From an uncultured Actinomycetes bacterium (GTDB taxonomy: Bacteria > Actinomycetota > Thermoleophilia > Solirubrobacterales > 70-9): 64,000 nt of DNA. The notes under the pieces are model-generated. The model was not told where the DNA came from. It worked only from the letters and a program-made list of their open reading frames with translations, and did no database searches. Shown here piece by piece: positions 27,886 through 37,807 of this stretch. The position numbers and the translations under genes are program-made. The stretch covers positions 303,776 through 367,775 of the forward strand of contig CAVUAD010000001.1 of NCBI GenBank assembly GCA_963739355.1. Reading direction: 5' to 3'. The stretch's first letter is position 1. Each line of letters starts with the position of its first letter.

Positions 27886-29893
27886 TCAGTGGCTCACGAT
27901 CAGGAAGTAGAGGCCGAGGGCGGCGAAGCCGCCCACGAGGAGCAGCGCGTAGGCGCGGACGAAGCCCGACTGCGCGCCGCGCACCAGGCCGCCCGCGCCG
28001 CGGACGACGCCGGTGGTGCCGTTGACGATGCCCTGTACGACGACGCGCTCGAAGACGTCGTTGGCGAACCGGCCGGTGGCGACGAGCGGTCGGTAGATCA
28101 CCGCGTCGTAGAGCTCGTCGAAGTACCACTTGTTCTTCAGGAAGGTGTTGACCGGGCCGAAGCGCTGGATCAGCCGGACCGGGATCTCCGGGTTGCGCAC
28201 GAAGCAGAGGTACGCGAGGGCGATCCCGGCGACGGAGATCGCGCCGCCGACTGCGAGCCCCAGCCACGCCTGTGCGGTCGTCGGCCCGACGCCCGCAAAG
28301 CGAGAGCCGGCGAACGTGGGGTCGAGGAAGTTGGTGACCGCAGCGTCGACCCCGGGCACCTGGATCAGGCCGGCGAAGAGCGCCAGGAAGCCCAGGATCG
28401 ACATGGCGATCTTCATCGGGATCTCCCGCTCGGCGATGTGGTGCTCGGGCCCGGGGAAGCCGACGTCCGTGTCCTCGGCTTCGCCCGTCGCCGGGTTGTA
28501 CGGGTCCGCGTGCGCTATGTGCCCTCCCTCGAGCTCCCTGGCCTCCGGACACGGCGCGCCGCGGGTGACGCGGAAGCCGATCCGGAACGAGTAGATCGCC
28601 GTCAGGAAGGCCCCGACGTAGCCGCCGATGGTGAAGATCCAGTACATGCCGCCGCGGGCCGCGGCAAACGAGAGGATCTCGTCCTTCGAGAAGAACCCGG
28701 AGGTCAGCGGGAAGGCGGCGAGCGCGAGGCAGCCGGCCAGGATGGCTGCCGACGTGAACGACATCGCCCTGCGGAAGCCGCTCATGCGGTCGATGTTCTG
28801 CTCGCCCGCCATCGCGCCGATGACCGAGCCCGCCGCCATGAAGAGCAGCGCCTTGAAGAAGGCGTGCGTCATCAGGTGGAACATCCCGGCCGAGTAGGCG
28901 CCGATCGAGACGCCCACGATCATGTAGCCGATCTGGCTGCAGGTGGAGTAGGCGATGATCCGCTTGAGGTCGGTGACCCCGAGGGCGACGGTGCCCGTGA
29001 AGAGCAGCGTCGCGAGGCCGACGAATGCGGAGATGTCCGCCGCGGTCGGTGCCAGCTCGAAGAGCGGCCACATGCGTGCGATCAGGTAGACGCCGGCGGT
29101 CACCATCGTGGCCGCGTGGATCAGGGCGGAAACGGGCGTGGGGCCCTCCATCGCGTCCGGCAGCCAGGTGTGGAGCGGTAGCTGGGCCGACTTCGCGAAG
29201 GCGCCCGACGCAGAGCAGCAGGCAGATCGCCACCACGACGCCCTGGTTCGTGTGGAACTGCTGCTGGGCCGCGCTGAACACCGCGGGGTAGTCGAAGCTG
29301 CCGAGGTCGCGGAACACGAAGAAGGCGGCGAAGACCAGGCCGACGTCGCCGATCACGTTGATGACGAACGCCTTCATGCCCGCCTTCGTCGCGGTCTCGC
29401 GCCGGTACCAGAAGCTGATCAGCGCGTAGGAGGCGTAGCCCACGAACGCCCAGCCGATGATCAGGAGGACGAAGTTGCCCGCCAGGACCAGCAGCAGCAT
29501 CGAGAAGACGAAGAAGTTGAGGAAGCTGAAATAGCGGTTGAAGCCCCGGTCGGAGGTCATGTAGCTGATCGAGTAGAGGTGGATCAGCGTCGATACCCCC
29601 GTGACCACGAGGCACATGAAGACCGAGAGCGGGTCGACCAGGATGCCGAGCTTCACGTCGAGGCTGCCGCTCTGCGCGTAGTCCCACAGCGTCGAGGTGA
29701 TCTGCCGGTCGTCGGGGGAGTGGTCGAGCAGAGCGATGAGCACGCGCAGCGTGCACAGGAAGGCGAGCCCGATCGCCCCCGTCGCGATCCAGCCCGCCGA
29801 GCGCCCGGGAAGCTTCCGGTAGCCGAACGCGACGACGATGCTTCCCGCGAGCGGGAAGCCCAGGATCAGCCAGGCGTAGGCGCTCGCGCTCAA
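27886..29893 (-). pseudogene. nuoL: NADH-quinone oxidoreductase subunit L, reading frame interrupted by one extra base at 29204-29206
   Basis: The N-part (29893-29207) ends ...VVVAICLLLCVG. The conserved continuation AFAKSAQLPLHTWLPDAMEGPTPVSALIHAATMV runs from 29205 in another frame down to the stop at 27886. Confidence 0.85.
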
Positions 29894-29897
29894 CGTC

Positions 29898-30197
29898 CTA
29901 CCCGCGGAGCTTCCTGAGCTCGTCGACGTCCAGCGGGATGCGGCGGCGGAACATCGCGACGATCAGCCCGAGGCCCACCACGACCTCGCAGGCGGCGACC
30001 ACCATCACGATCAGGGCGAAGATCTGACCGTCCTCGTTGCCGGTCGAGCGCGAGAACGCGACCAGCGCCAGGTTCGCCGCGTTCAGCATCAGCTCCAGGC
30101 AGAGGAGGACGACGAGGGGGCTGCGCCGCAAGAGCACGCCGGCAGCGCCGATGGCGAAGAGCAGCGCGCTGAGGACGAGATACCAGGAAACGTCCAC
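29898..30197 (-). CDS. nuoK: NADH-quinone oxidoreductase subunit K
   Basis: 99 aa with three TM helices and the [10 protein letters not shown] motif. Confidence 0.9.
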   Translation of the reverse strand: MDVSWYLVLSALLFAIGAAGVLLRRSPLVVLLCLELMLNAANLALVAFSRSTGNEDGQIFALIVMVVAACEVVVGLGLIVAMFRRRIPLDVDELRKLRG

Positions 30198-30198
30198 G

Positions 30199-30816
30199 TC
30201 AGCCGTCCGCCTGGGCTAGCGACGAAGTCGCGGTAGATGTGGCCGTGCCTGCCGGGTCAGGTTCGGGCCCGGACCCGCCGACACCGGACGCGTCAGCGGA
30301 GGATGTCGGCGGAGATGTTCGCCTCCCTGCGAGCGTGATCGCCGCCACGGCGGCGACGAGCAGCAGCATCGAGGCGGCCTCGAAGACGATCAGGAAGCGC
30401 TCGAGCAGGAGGTTGCCGATCGAGGCGGGGTTGCCGAAGTTCTCCGGGATCAGCGGGCCGCGGCTCGAGATCGAAGACAGCGCGGTGCCGAGCACCGCGA
30501 TCGAGAGCTCCACGAAGATCGCCACGCCGAGCAGCGGGGCCAGCAGGCGCTGCCCGGCGATCGGCTCGTAGAGCGACTCCTCCTGCTGGCCGACGTAGGC
30601 CGCGACGAAGACGTAGAGCACCATCACGGCGCCGGCGTAGACGACCACCTGCGCGGCCGCGACGAACTGCGCGTGGAGCAGCAGGAAGAGCCCGGCCAGG
30701 GAGACCAGGTGGACGATCAGCGCAAGCACCGAGTAGAACGGGTTGCGGAGGGCGACGACGGCGAGCGCCCCGCCGACGGCGCCGATCGCCCCGACGAAGA
30801 ACGCGACCTGGATCAC
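30199..30816 (-). CDS. nuoJ: NADH-quinone oxidoreductase subunit J
   Basis: NuoJ-like TM profile. GTG at 30816 overlaps the upstream TGA (GTGA). Confidence 0.9.
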   Translation of the reverse strand: MIQVAFFVGAIGAVGGALAVVALRNPFYSVLALIVHLVSLAGLFLLLHAQFVAAAQVVVYAGAVMVLYVFVAAYVGQQEESLYEPIAGQRLLAPLLGVAIFVELSIAVLGTALSSISSRGPLIPENFGNPASIGNLLLERFLIVFEAASMLLLVAAVAAITLAGRRTSPPTSSADASGVGGSGPEPDPAGTATSTATSSLAQADG

Positions 30817-31223
30817 GTGGCCTCACCCGGGCCGAGGGCGGTCTCCAGCGTCGGGTGCCAGCTCCAGCGGATCGCCCGGCGCCCGCGCGACTCGATGCGC
30901 TGGAAGAGGTGCTCGGAGAGCGAGGTCCCGTCCGCCGCGCTCACGGCCGTGAAGGAGATCTCGACGATCGCGACCTCGTTGGCGTCGACGTCGCTCACCT
31001 CGGTGATCGAGAGCACGTTGACGTGAACGCTCGAGAACAGCCTGTGGACGTCCGCGATCCACTCGCGGATGCCGGCGTGCCCGTGGTAGGCGCGGCCCTC
31101 CAAGTGGCCCATGAACGTGGTCAGCTCGATCTCGGGGTCGCAGAGCTCCACCACGCCCTCGACGTCGCCCTCGTTGAAGCGCGCGAAGGCCGCTGTGACG
31201 GACTCGGCAACCCAGCTGGCCAT
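30813..31223 (-). CDS. SnoaL/NTF2-like small protein encoded between nuoI and nuoJ
   Basis: MASWVAESVTAAFARFNEGDVEGVVELCDPEIELTTFMG...GHAGIREWIADV fits the NTF2-like (SnoaL_2/DUF4440) pattern. It starts 5-8 nt after the nuoI stop, and its TGA overlaps the nuoJ GTG. Confidence 0.65.
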   Translation of the reverse strand: MASWVAESVTAAFARFNEGDVEGVVELCDPEIELTTFMGHLEGRAYHGHAGIREWIADVHRLFSSVHVNVLSITEVSDVDANEVAIVEISFTAVSAADGTSLSEHLFQRIESRGRRAIRWSWHPTLETALGPGEAT

Positions 31224-31231
31224 CACCAGGC

Positions 31232-31783
31232 TCACTCGCCCTCGTTTCGCAGGGGGGTGCGCTCCGCGGGCTCGGCGAGCAGCATCTCCTTGGTGAAGAT
31301 GAGGTCGGAGCGGTGGTAGTCGGCCATCTCGTACTCGTGCCCCATCGTGATCGCGTCGAACGGACACGCCACCTCGCAGTAGCCGCAGAAGATGCAGCGC
31401 GAGAGGTTGATCTCGTAGACGGCCGCGTAGCGCTCGCCGGCGGAGACCCGGTCCGCCGGGTCGTTCTCCGCGGCGACGACCCTGATGCAGTCGGCCGGGC
31501 AGGCGGCGGCGCACAGGGAGCACCCAACGCACTTCTCCAGGCCGGTGTCCTCGAAGCGGTGGAGCTTGTGGCGGCCGCGGAAGCGCGGGTAGACGGGCGT
31601 CTTCTCCTCCGGGTACTCGATCGTGACGGTGCCCTCCATGAGCCTCGCCATCGTGGTCTTCAGGCCCCGCAGGGTCTCGCCGAAGGCCCGGTAGGCGCCC
31701 TTCGTGCCGCCCGGCTCCGGCCCCCGCTGGACCTCGACGACGGAGTCGTCGGGCAGGTAGGGGTACTTGCCGGTTTCGCTCAT
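31232..31783 (-). CDS. nuoI: NADH-quinone oxidoreductase subunit I (2x[4Fe-4S])
   Basis: [12 protein letters not shown] and [12 protein letters not shown] ferredoxin motifs. ATG at 31783 overlaps the upstream TGA. Confidence 0.9.
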   Translation of the reverse strand: MSETGKYPYLPDDSVVEVQRGPEPGGTKGAYRAFGETLRGLKTTMARLMEGTVTIEYPEEKTPVYPRFRGRHKLHRFEDTGLEKCVGCSLCAAACPADCIRVVAAENDPADRVSAGERYAAVYEINLSRCIFCGYCEVACPFDAITMGHEYEMADYHRSDLIFTKEMLLAEPAERTPLRNEGE

Positions 31784-32265
31784 GGCTTCGGCGCCTCCTC
31801 GCCCTCGAAGTAGTCGACCTCGTCGGCGATCCGGAAGTAGCCCCTGAAGCCGCCGTCGCCCTCCGGGAGGCACTCGGCAACGCAGACCTTTTCGGAGTCT
31901 GGGTAGATCACACCGTCCGGCTGCTGGGCGGCGAACGCGAGGAAGCGCACGGTTCCGTCGGTGCGGTTTGCCAGCTGATGGGCGCCGGCCTCACCGGTGG
32001 GGAAGCAGACGACCGCTCCTTCGTCGAGCTCGCGCCAGCCTTCTGGGGTGCGCAGGCTGGGGGCTCCCTCGAGAACGACGATCAGCTCCTCCTGGGAGAA
32101 GTGCCAGTGGTACGGGTAGGCCGCCTGCCCCGGCGGAACCTCGAAGAGGCTCAGGCCGGTCTTCACCGCTCCCGCCTGAGCGCCGAGCCGCGCCCGCTCT
32201 CGGGTGAATCCGGGGTGTTCCTTCGATGCGTCGAAGACCGGTCGCTTGAGGTTCGGATCGCTCAT
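31780..32265 (-). CDS. Cupin-domain protein encoded between nuoH and nuoI
   Basis: 161 aa. [18 protein letters not shown] matches the cupin motif G(x)5HxH(x)3-4E(x)6G. There are ATGA overlaps with the nuoH stop (32262-32265) and the nuoI start (31780-31783). Confidence 0.7.
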   Translation of the reverse strand: MSDPNLKRPVFDASKEHPGFTRERARLGAQAGAVKTGLSLFEVPPGQAAYPYHWHFSQEELIVVLEGAPSLRTPEGWRELDEGAVVCFPTGEAGAHQLANRTDGTVRFLAFAAQQPDGVIYPDSEKVCVAECLPEGDGGFRGYFRIADEVDYFEGEEAPKP

Positions 32266-33257
32266 GTGAGCGTCACCAGCACCGCCGTCACCATCACGTT
32301 CAGGGTCGCGAGCGGCAGCAGCACCTTCCAGCCAAGGGACATCAGCTGGTCGTAGCGAAGCCGCGGCAGGGTGGCGCGGATCCACATGAAGAAGAGGATC
32401 ACGCCGATGATCTTGGTCAGCGTCCAGATCGGGTCGAGCCAGCCCGGGCCGGGACCGTGCCAGCCGCCGAGGAAGAAGGTGACCGCGATGCCGGAGATGA
32501 CGAACATCTCGATGTACTCGGTCATCGCGTAGGTGCCGTAGCGCATGCCGCCGTACTCCGTCTGGTACCCGGCGACGAGCTCCGCGTCCGCCTCCGGCAG
32601 GTCGAACGGCGCCCGGTTCGCCTCCGCGAAGCCGGCAACCATGAAGACGATGAAGCCGACGAACTGCGGGATCACGTACCAGACCTGGTTCTGAGCCTCG
32701 ACGATCGCGGGCAGCGAGAGGGTGCCGGCCATCATGATCGCGCCGAGCAGCGCGAGCCCCATCGAGATCTCGTACGAGATGAGCTGGGCCGCCGAGCGCA
32801 TCGCGCCGAGGAAGCTGTACTTGGAGCCCGAGGCCCAGCCGCCGAGCAGCAGGCCGTAGAAGCCGAACGAGCCGAAGGCGAAGAAGTAGAGGACGCCGAT
32901 CGGCACGTCGATCCCGTAGAACCCGACCCCGTCCTTGACGTTCCCGAACGGCAGGATCGCCAGGGCGGCGAGGGCGGAGAAGACCACGAGGAGCGGCCCG
33001 ACGGCCCAGAGGATGCCCTGCGCGTTGGCCGGCTTGTACGCCTCCTTCGAGACCAGCTTCACGGCGTCCGCGAGCGGCTGCAGGAGCCCCTTCGGCCCGA
33101 CGCGGTTGGGCCCGTAGCGCATCTGGAAGCGGCCGAGGAGCTTGCGCTCGACCACCGTGAGCAGCGGGACGATGATCATCACCACCGCGAAGATCACGAT
33201 CGACTTGACGATCAGGATCCAGGTCGCGTCGACCTTGCTGACGTCGGCGAGGGTCAC
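32262..33257 (-). CDS. nuoH: NADH-quinone oxidoreductase subunit H
   Basis: Typical NuoH sequence (VERKLLGRFQMRYGPNRVGP...). GTG overlaps the nuoG TGA. Confidence 0.95.
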   Translation of the reverse strand: MTLADVSKVDATWILIVKSIVIFAVVMIIVPLLTVVERKLLGRFQMRYGPNRVGPKGLLQPLADAVKLVSKEAYKPANAQGILWAVGPLLVVFSALAALAILPFGNVKDGVGFYGIDVPIGVLYFFAFGSFGFYGLLLGGWASGSKYSFLGAMRSAAQLISYEISMGLALLGAIMMAGTLSLPAIVEAQNQVWYVIPQFVGFIVFMVAGFAEANRAPFDLPEADAELVAGYQTEYGGMRYGTYAMTEYIEMFVISGIAVTFFLGGWHGPGPGWLDPIWTLTKIIGVILFFMWIRATLPRLRYDQLMSLGWKVLLPLATLNVMVTAVLVTLT

Positions 33258-35711
33258 TCCGCCTCACCGGCCTTCCTGACCTCGACCGTCTCGGCCCCCG
33301 CCAGGACGTTGGCGCTGTCCGCGCCGATCCCGTCGATCAGGAACCCGGCGCCGGCCAGCATCCGCTCGCGGATCGCGACGTTGGCCCGCACGCTGAAGCC
33401 GTTGGAGCTCACGTTCACCTGCTCGCCCTGCGCGACCCCGAGCCGCTCCGCGTCATCGGGCGCCAGCTCGAGCGTCTGGCGCGGCTCGAGGAACCGCAGC
33501 GCCGGATTGCGCTCGGAGACCTCACCGGCCCAGAGATCCCGGTAGGTGCCAAGCCGAAGTGCCGATCCGTTGGCGGGGGGCGTCGGGGGTCCGTCAGGCG
33601 GACGTGGCGGCACGGCCGGAGCCCGCGGCCCGTCCGGGTCAAGTCCGACCGACGGATCCCCGGCGTCCGCCGCCGTTTCAAGTCCGGCCTTGCTTGCCGC
33701 ATCGCGGTCCTGCCAGCGGACTCCGTGGCCGCCGATCTCGTCGTGGGTGATCCCGGCGTAGAAGGGGACGTCGTTGGCCAAGCGTCGTCGAGGGCCTCCG
33801 TGGCGGCGTCGATGTCGGTCTCGTCGTCGAGGCGGGCGGATAGCTCGGCGAGGACCTGCCAGCCCGGGCGGATGGCGCCGGGGGCCGGGAGGCTCGAGCG
33901 CAGGCGCTGGAGGCGGCCGTCGGGGTGGGTGACGGTGCCCTCCTTCTCGGCTTCGCCCTGGGCGGGGAGGACGACGTCGGCGTGGCCGCCCGAGGCGTTG
34001 CCGAACATCGAGACGTCGAGGATGAAGTCGGCGGCGCCGAGGGCCCTGTTCCAGCCCTCGGGGTCGGGCAGGTCGCGGATGGGATCGCACTCCCAGAGGA
34101 TCAGCCCCTCCAGCTCGCCGGACTCCAGGGCTTCCTTGATCTCGTCGGCGGAGCGGCCCGAACCCGCGTCCGCGAGGCCGGGAGCGATGCCGGGTAGACA
34201 GCCGACCTCGGCGAGGCCGCGCCCGTTCGCCCCCGAGGGGACCTCCATGACGCCCGAGCCGTCCTTGTCGAGGGTGAGCTCCGAGGCCAGATCGAGGAGG
34301 GCCTGGGCGCCGGTGTCCGCGTTGGCGCCGGAAACCGCCCGCTCGCCGTAGATGACGACGACGCTGTCCGCGTCCCTGAGGACCTTGCCGGCGTCGGAGT
34401 CGAGGGAGAAGCTCGCCGCGTCGCCCGGGCTGAAGCGGACGGTCTCCTCGGCGCCGCCGTCGAGCGCGGTGGGGCGGGCGGAGGCGACGACGAGCTTCAG
34501 TCCCGAGTGGCGGATCGCCTTGCGCAGGCGCAGGTCGAGGATCGGCATCTCGTGCAGCGGGTCGCAGTCGAGGAGGAGCGCGGCGCCGGCGGAGTCGAGG
34601 TCGGCCAGCTTCGACGCGAGTGCCGGAGCCGCGAGTGCGGCGAGGTGCGCCCTCGAGGGGGAGCCGGCGGACCGCGAGTCCACGTCCTTGGAGCCGAGGG
34701 GGCCGCGGACGACGCGCTGGACCAGGTAGCCCTCCTCGTTGGTGGCGGACCCGCCGACGAGCGCGGCGACCTTGCCCTTGGCGCCCTCGAGGCCGGTGGC
34801 CGCCCGGGCCAGGGCCTCCTCCCAGCTCGCCTCGCGAAGAGCGCCGGCCTCGCGGACCTGGGGGACCGAGAGCCGGTCGTCGGAGGACAGCATCTGGAAG
34901 CCGAAGCGGCCCTTGTCGCAGAGCCAGCCGTCGTCGACGTCGTGGTTGTCCCGCGCAAGCACCCGCTGGACCTCGTCGTCCCGGACCGTGTGCATCACGT
35001 TGCACTGCGACGGGCAGAGCGTGCAGATCGAGCCGGCGTCCTCGATGTCCCACGGCCGGGCCCGGAAGCGGTACGCCTCGGCCGTGAGCGCGCCGACGGG
35101 ACAGAGCTCGATGACGTTGCCGTGGAACGGGGCGATGTACGGGCGGTCGTCGAAGGTGCCGACGAAGGTGTGCGCGCCGCGCTCCAGCAACTGCAGCTGC
35201 TCGTCCTCGGCGACCTCCTGGCTGAAACGGACGCAGCGGTAGCAGAGGATGCAGCGCTCGCGGTCGATCCGGACGAGCGGCGAGAGCGGAACGGGCTTCT
35301 GGAAATGCCGCTTGGGGTCGGTGACTCGGCTGTGGCCGGCTCCCCAGCCCATCGCGATGTCCTGAAGCGGGCACTCGCCGCCCTTGTCGCAGACCGGGCA
35401 GTCGAGCGGGTGGTTCACCAGCAGGAACTCGACGATCGCGTTCTGCGCCTCCTTGACGCGGTCGGTCTGGGTGTAGACGACCATGCCGTCGCGGATCGGC
35501 GTGGAGCACGCGGTCTGGAGCTTCGGGATCCCCTCGACCTCCACCAGGCACATCCGGCAGGCGCCAACCGGCCCGCCCAGCTTCGGCTCGTAGCAGAAGA
35601 CCGGGATCTCGACGTCGCCCCCCTTCGCGGCGTCGACCAGCATCGCGCCCTCGGGCGCCCTGATCTCGACGCCGTCGACGACGATCGTGACGGCCTGCTT
35701 CGTTTCGGCGC

Positions 35712-35715
<4 letters not shown>
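33254..35715 (-). pseudogene. nuoG: NADH-quinone oxidoreductase subunit G, reading frame interrupted near 33781-33800 (apparent 1-nt deletion)
   Basis: The N-part (from GTG 35715) has 2Fe-2S/4Fe-4S motifs (CRMCLVEV, HPLDCPVCDKGGEC) and stays sensible to ...DIDAATEALDD. The C-terminal part, LANDVPFYAGITHDEIGGHGVRWQ...VEVRKAGEAE, is in another frame ending at 33254. Confidence 0.85.
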
Positions 35716-36986
<1,271 letters not shown>

Positions 36987-37000
36987 CGAATCCCGCTCTC

Positions 37001-37060
37001 AGCAGGTAGCAGGTCGTATGGAGCAGGTAGACCATCTCTACCTGCTACCTGCTACCTGCT
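37001..37060. repeat. Long imperfect palindromic element, copy A (nuoE 3' end / nuoE-nuoF spacer), containing (ACCTGCT)x3
   Basis: AGCAGGTAGCAGGT-cgtatgg-AGCAGGTAG-accatct-CTACCTGCT-ACCTGCTACCTGCT gives 9 + 14 bp of pairing. The right arm encodes the last NuoE codons (EEQVAGSR*). Confidence 0.9.
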
Positions 37061-37718
37061 CTTCGTCCGGGCCTCCCGCGAGCTTGCGCAGGTGGATCGC
37101 CTTGTCCGGCACGGGGTCGGCGCCGGTGCGGAGCTGCTCCACGATCGTGGCCGCGTCGCCGGCGGTCAGCGGGCCGTAATAGGTCTCGTCGATCGAGGCC
37201 ATCGGGGCGATGTCGCAGGCGCCGAGGCACTCGAAGCCGGACACGAAGACCTTGCCGTCCTCCGAGCTCGCCCCGCCGTGCCCGGCGGCCTCGCGGTCGG
37301 CGCCGGCGGCGGCGCAGAACGCGTCGAGCAGCTCGTCGCTGCCGCGCATCCAGCAGGAGATGTTGGTGCAGACGAGGACGTGGTGCTCGCCGACCGGGGC
37401 GAGCTTGAAGAGGTCGTAGAAGCTGGCCACGGACTGCAGGTACGCCGGCGGCAGGCCCATCACGGCGGCGGCCTGGCGGATCCCCTCGGGGCTGCACCAG
37501 CCGTGGTGGCGCTGCACCGACCACAGGGCGGGGATCGAGGCGGAGCGCAGCTCGGGGTAGCGGCCCATCGCCGCCTCGATCTCCTCGCGAAGCGAGTCCG
37601 GAACGTCGACCTCGTGGAGCTCGGGCACCCGCTCGGCGTCCTCCGGCCGCATCGAGGCGATGAGCGCGTTGCGGTCCGCGGCGCTCAGGTCGTCGGTGGG
37701 CCGGTACTCGTGCGTCAC
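37038..37718 (-). CDS. nuoE: NADH-quinone oxidoreductase subunit E
   Basis: 2Fe-2S motifs (VCTNISCWMRG...CLGACDIAP). GTG 37718 is preceded by GAGGGG + 5 nt. The track ATG at 37742 lies inside the palindromic element. Confidence 0.9.
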   Translation of the reverse strand: MTHEYRPTDDLSAADRNALIASMRPEDAERVPELHEVDVPDSLREEIEAAMGRYPELRSASIPALWSVQRHHGWCSPEGIRQAAAVMGLPPAYLQSVASFYDLFKLAPVGEHHVLVCTNISCWMRGSDELLDAFCAAAGADREAAGHGGASSEDGKVFVSGFECLGACDIAPMASIDETYYGPLTAGDAATIVEQLRTGADPVPDKAIHLRKLAGGPDEEQVAGSR

Positions 37719-37730
37719 GAGGACCCCTCG

Positions 37731-37807
37731 AGCAGGTAGCACGCAGCATGTAGCAGGTGGACCATGAGTCGAAACCTCTACCTGCTACCTGCTACCTGCT
37801 GCATGCT
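37731..37807. repeat. Long imperfect palindromic element, copy B (nuoD-nuoE spacer), containing (ACCTGCT)x3
   Basis: AGCAGGTAGCAcgcAGCATGTAGCAGGTGGACCATgagtcgaaacCTCTACCTGCTACCTGCTACCTGCTGCATGCT. It shares AGCAGGTAGCA, GTAGCAGGT(A/G)GACCAT and CTCTACCTGCTACCTGCTACCTGCT with copy A. Confidence 0.9.

Noticed and set aside
29190-29215. Programmed ribosomal frameshifting as the explanation for the nuoL and nuoG frame breaks.
   Set aside because: There is no slippery heptamer (X XXY YYZ), no rare or stop codon at the shift site, and no stimulatory pseudoknot or SD-like element at the right distance. Complex I genes are not known to be recoded. An indel, either error or mutation, is the simpler explanation.
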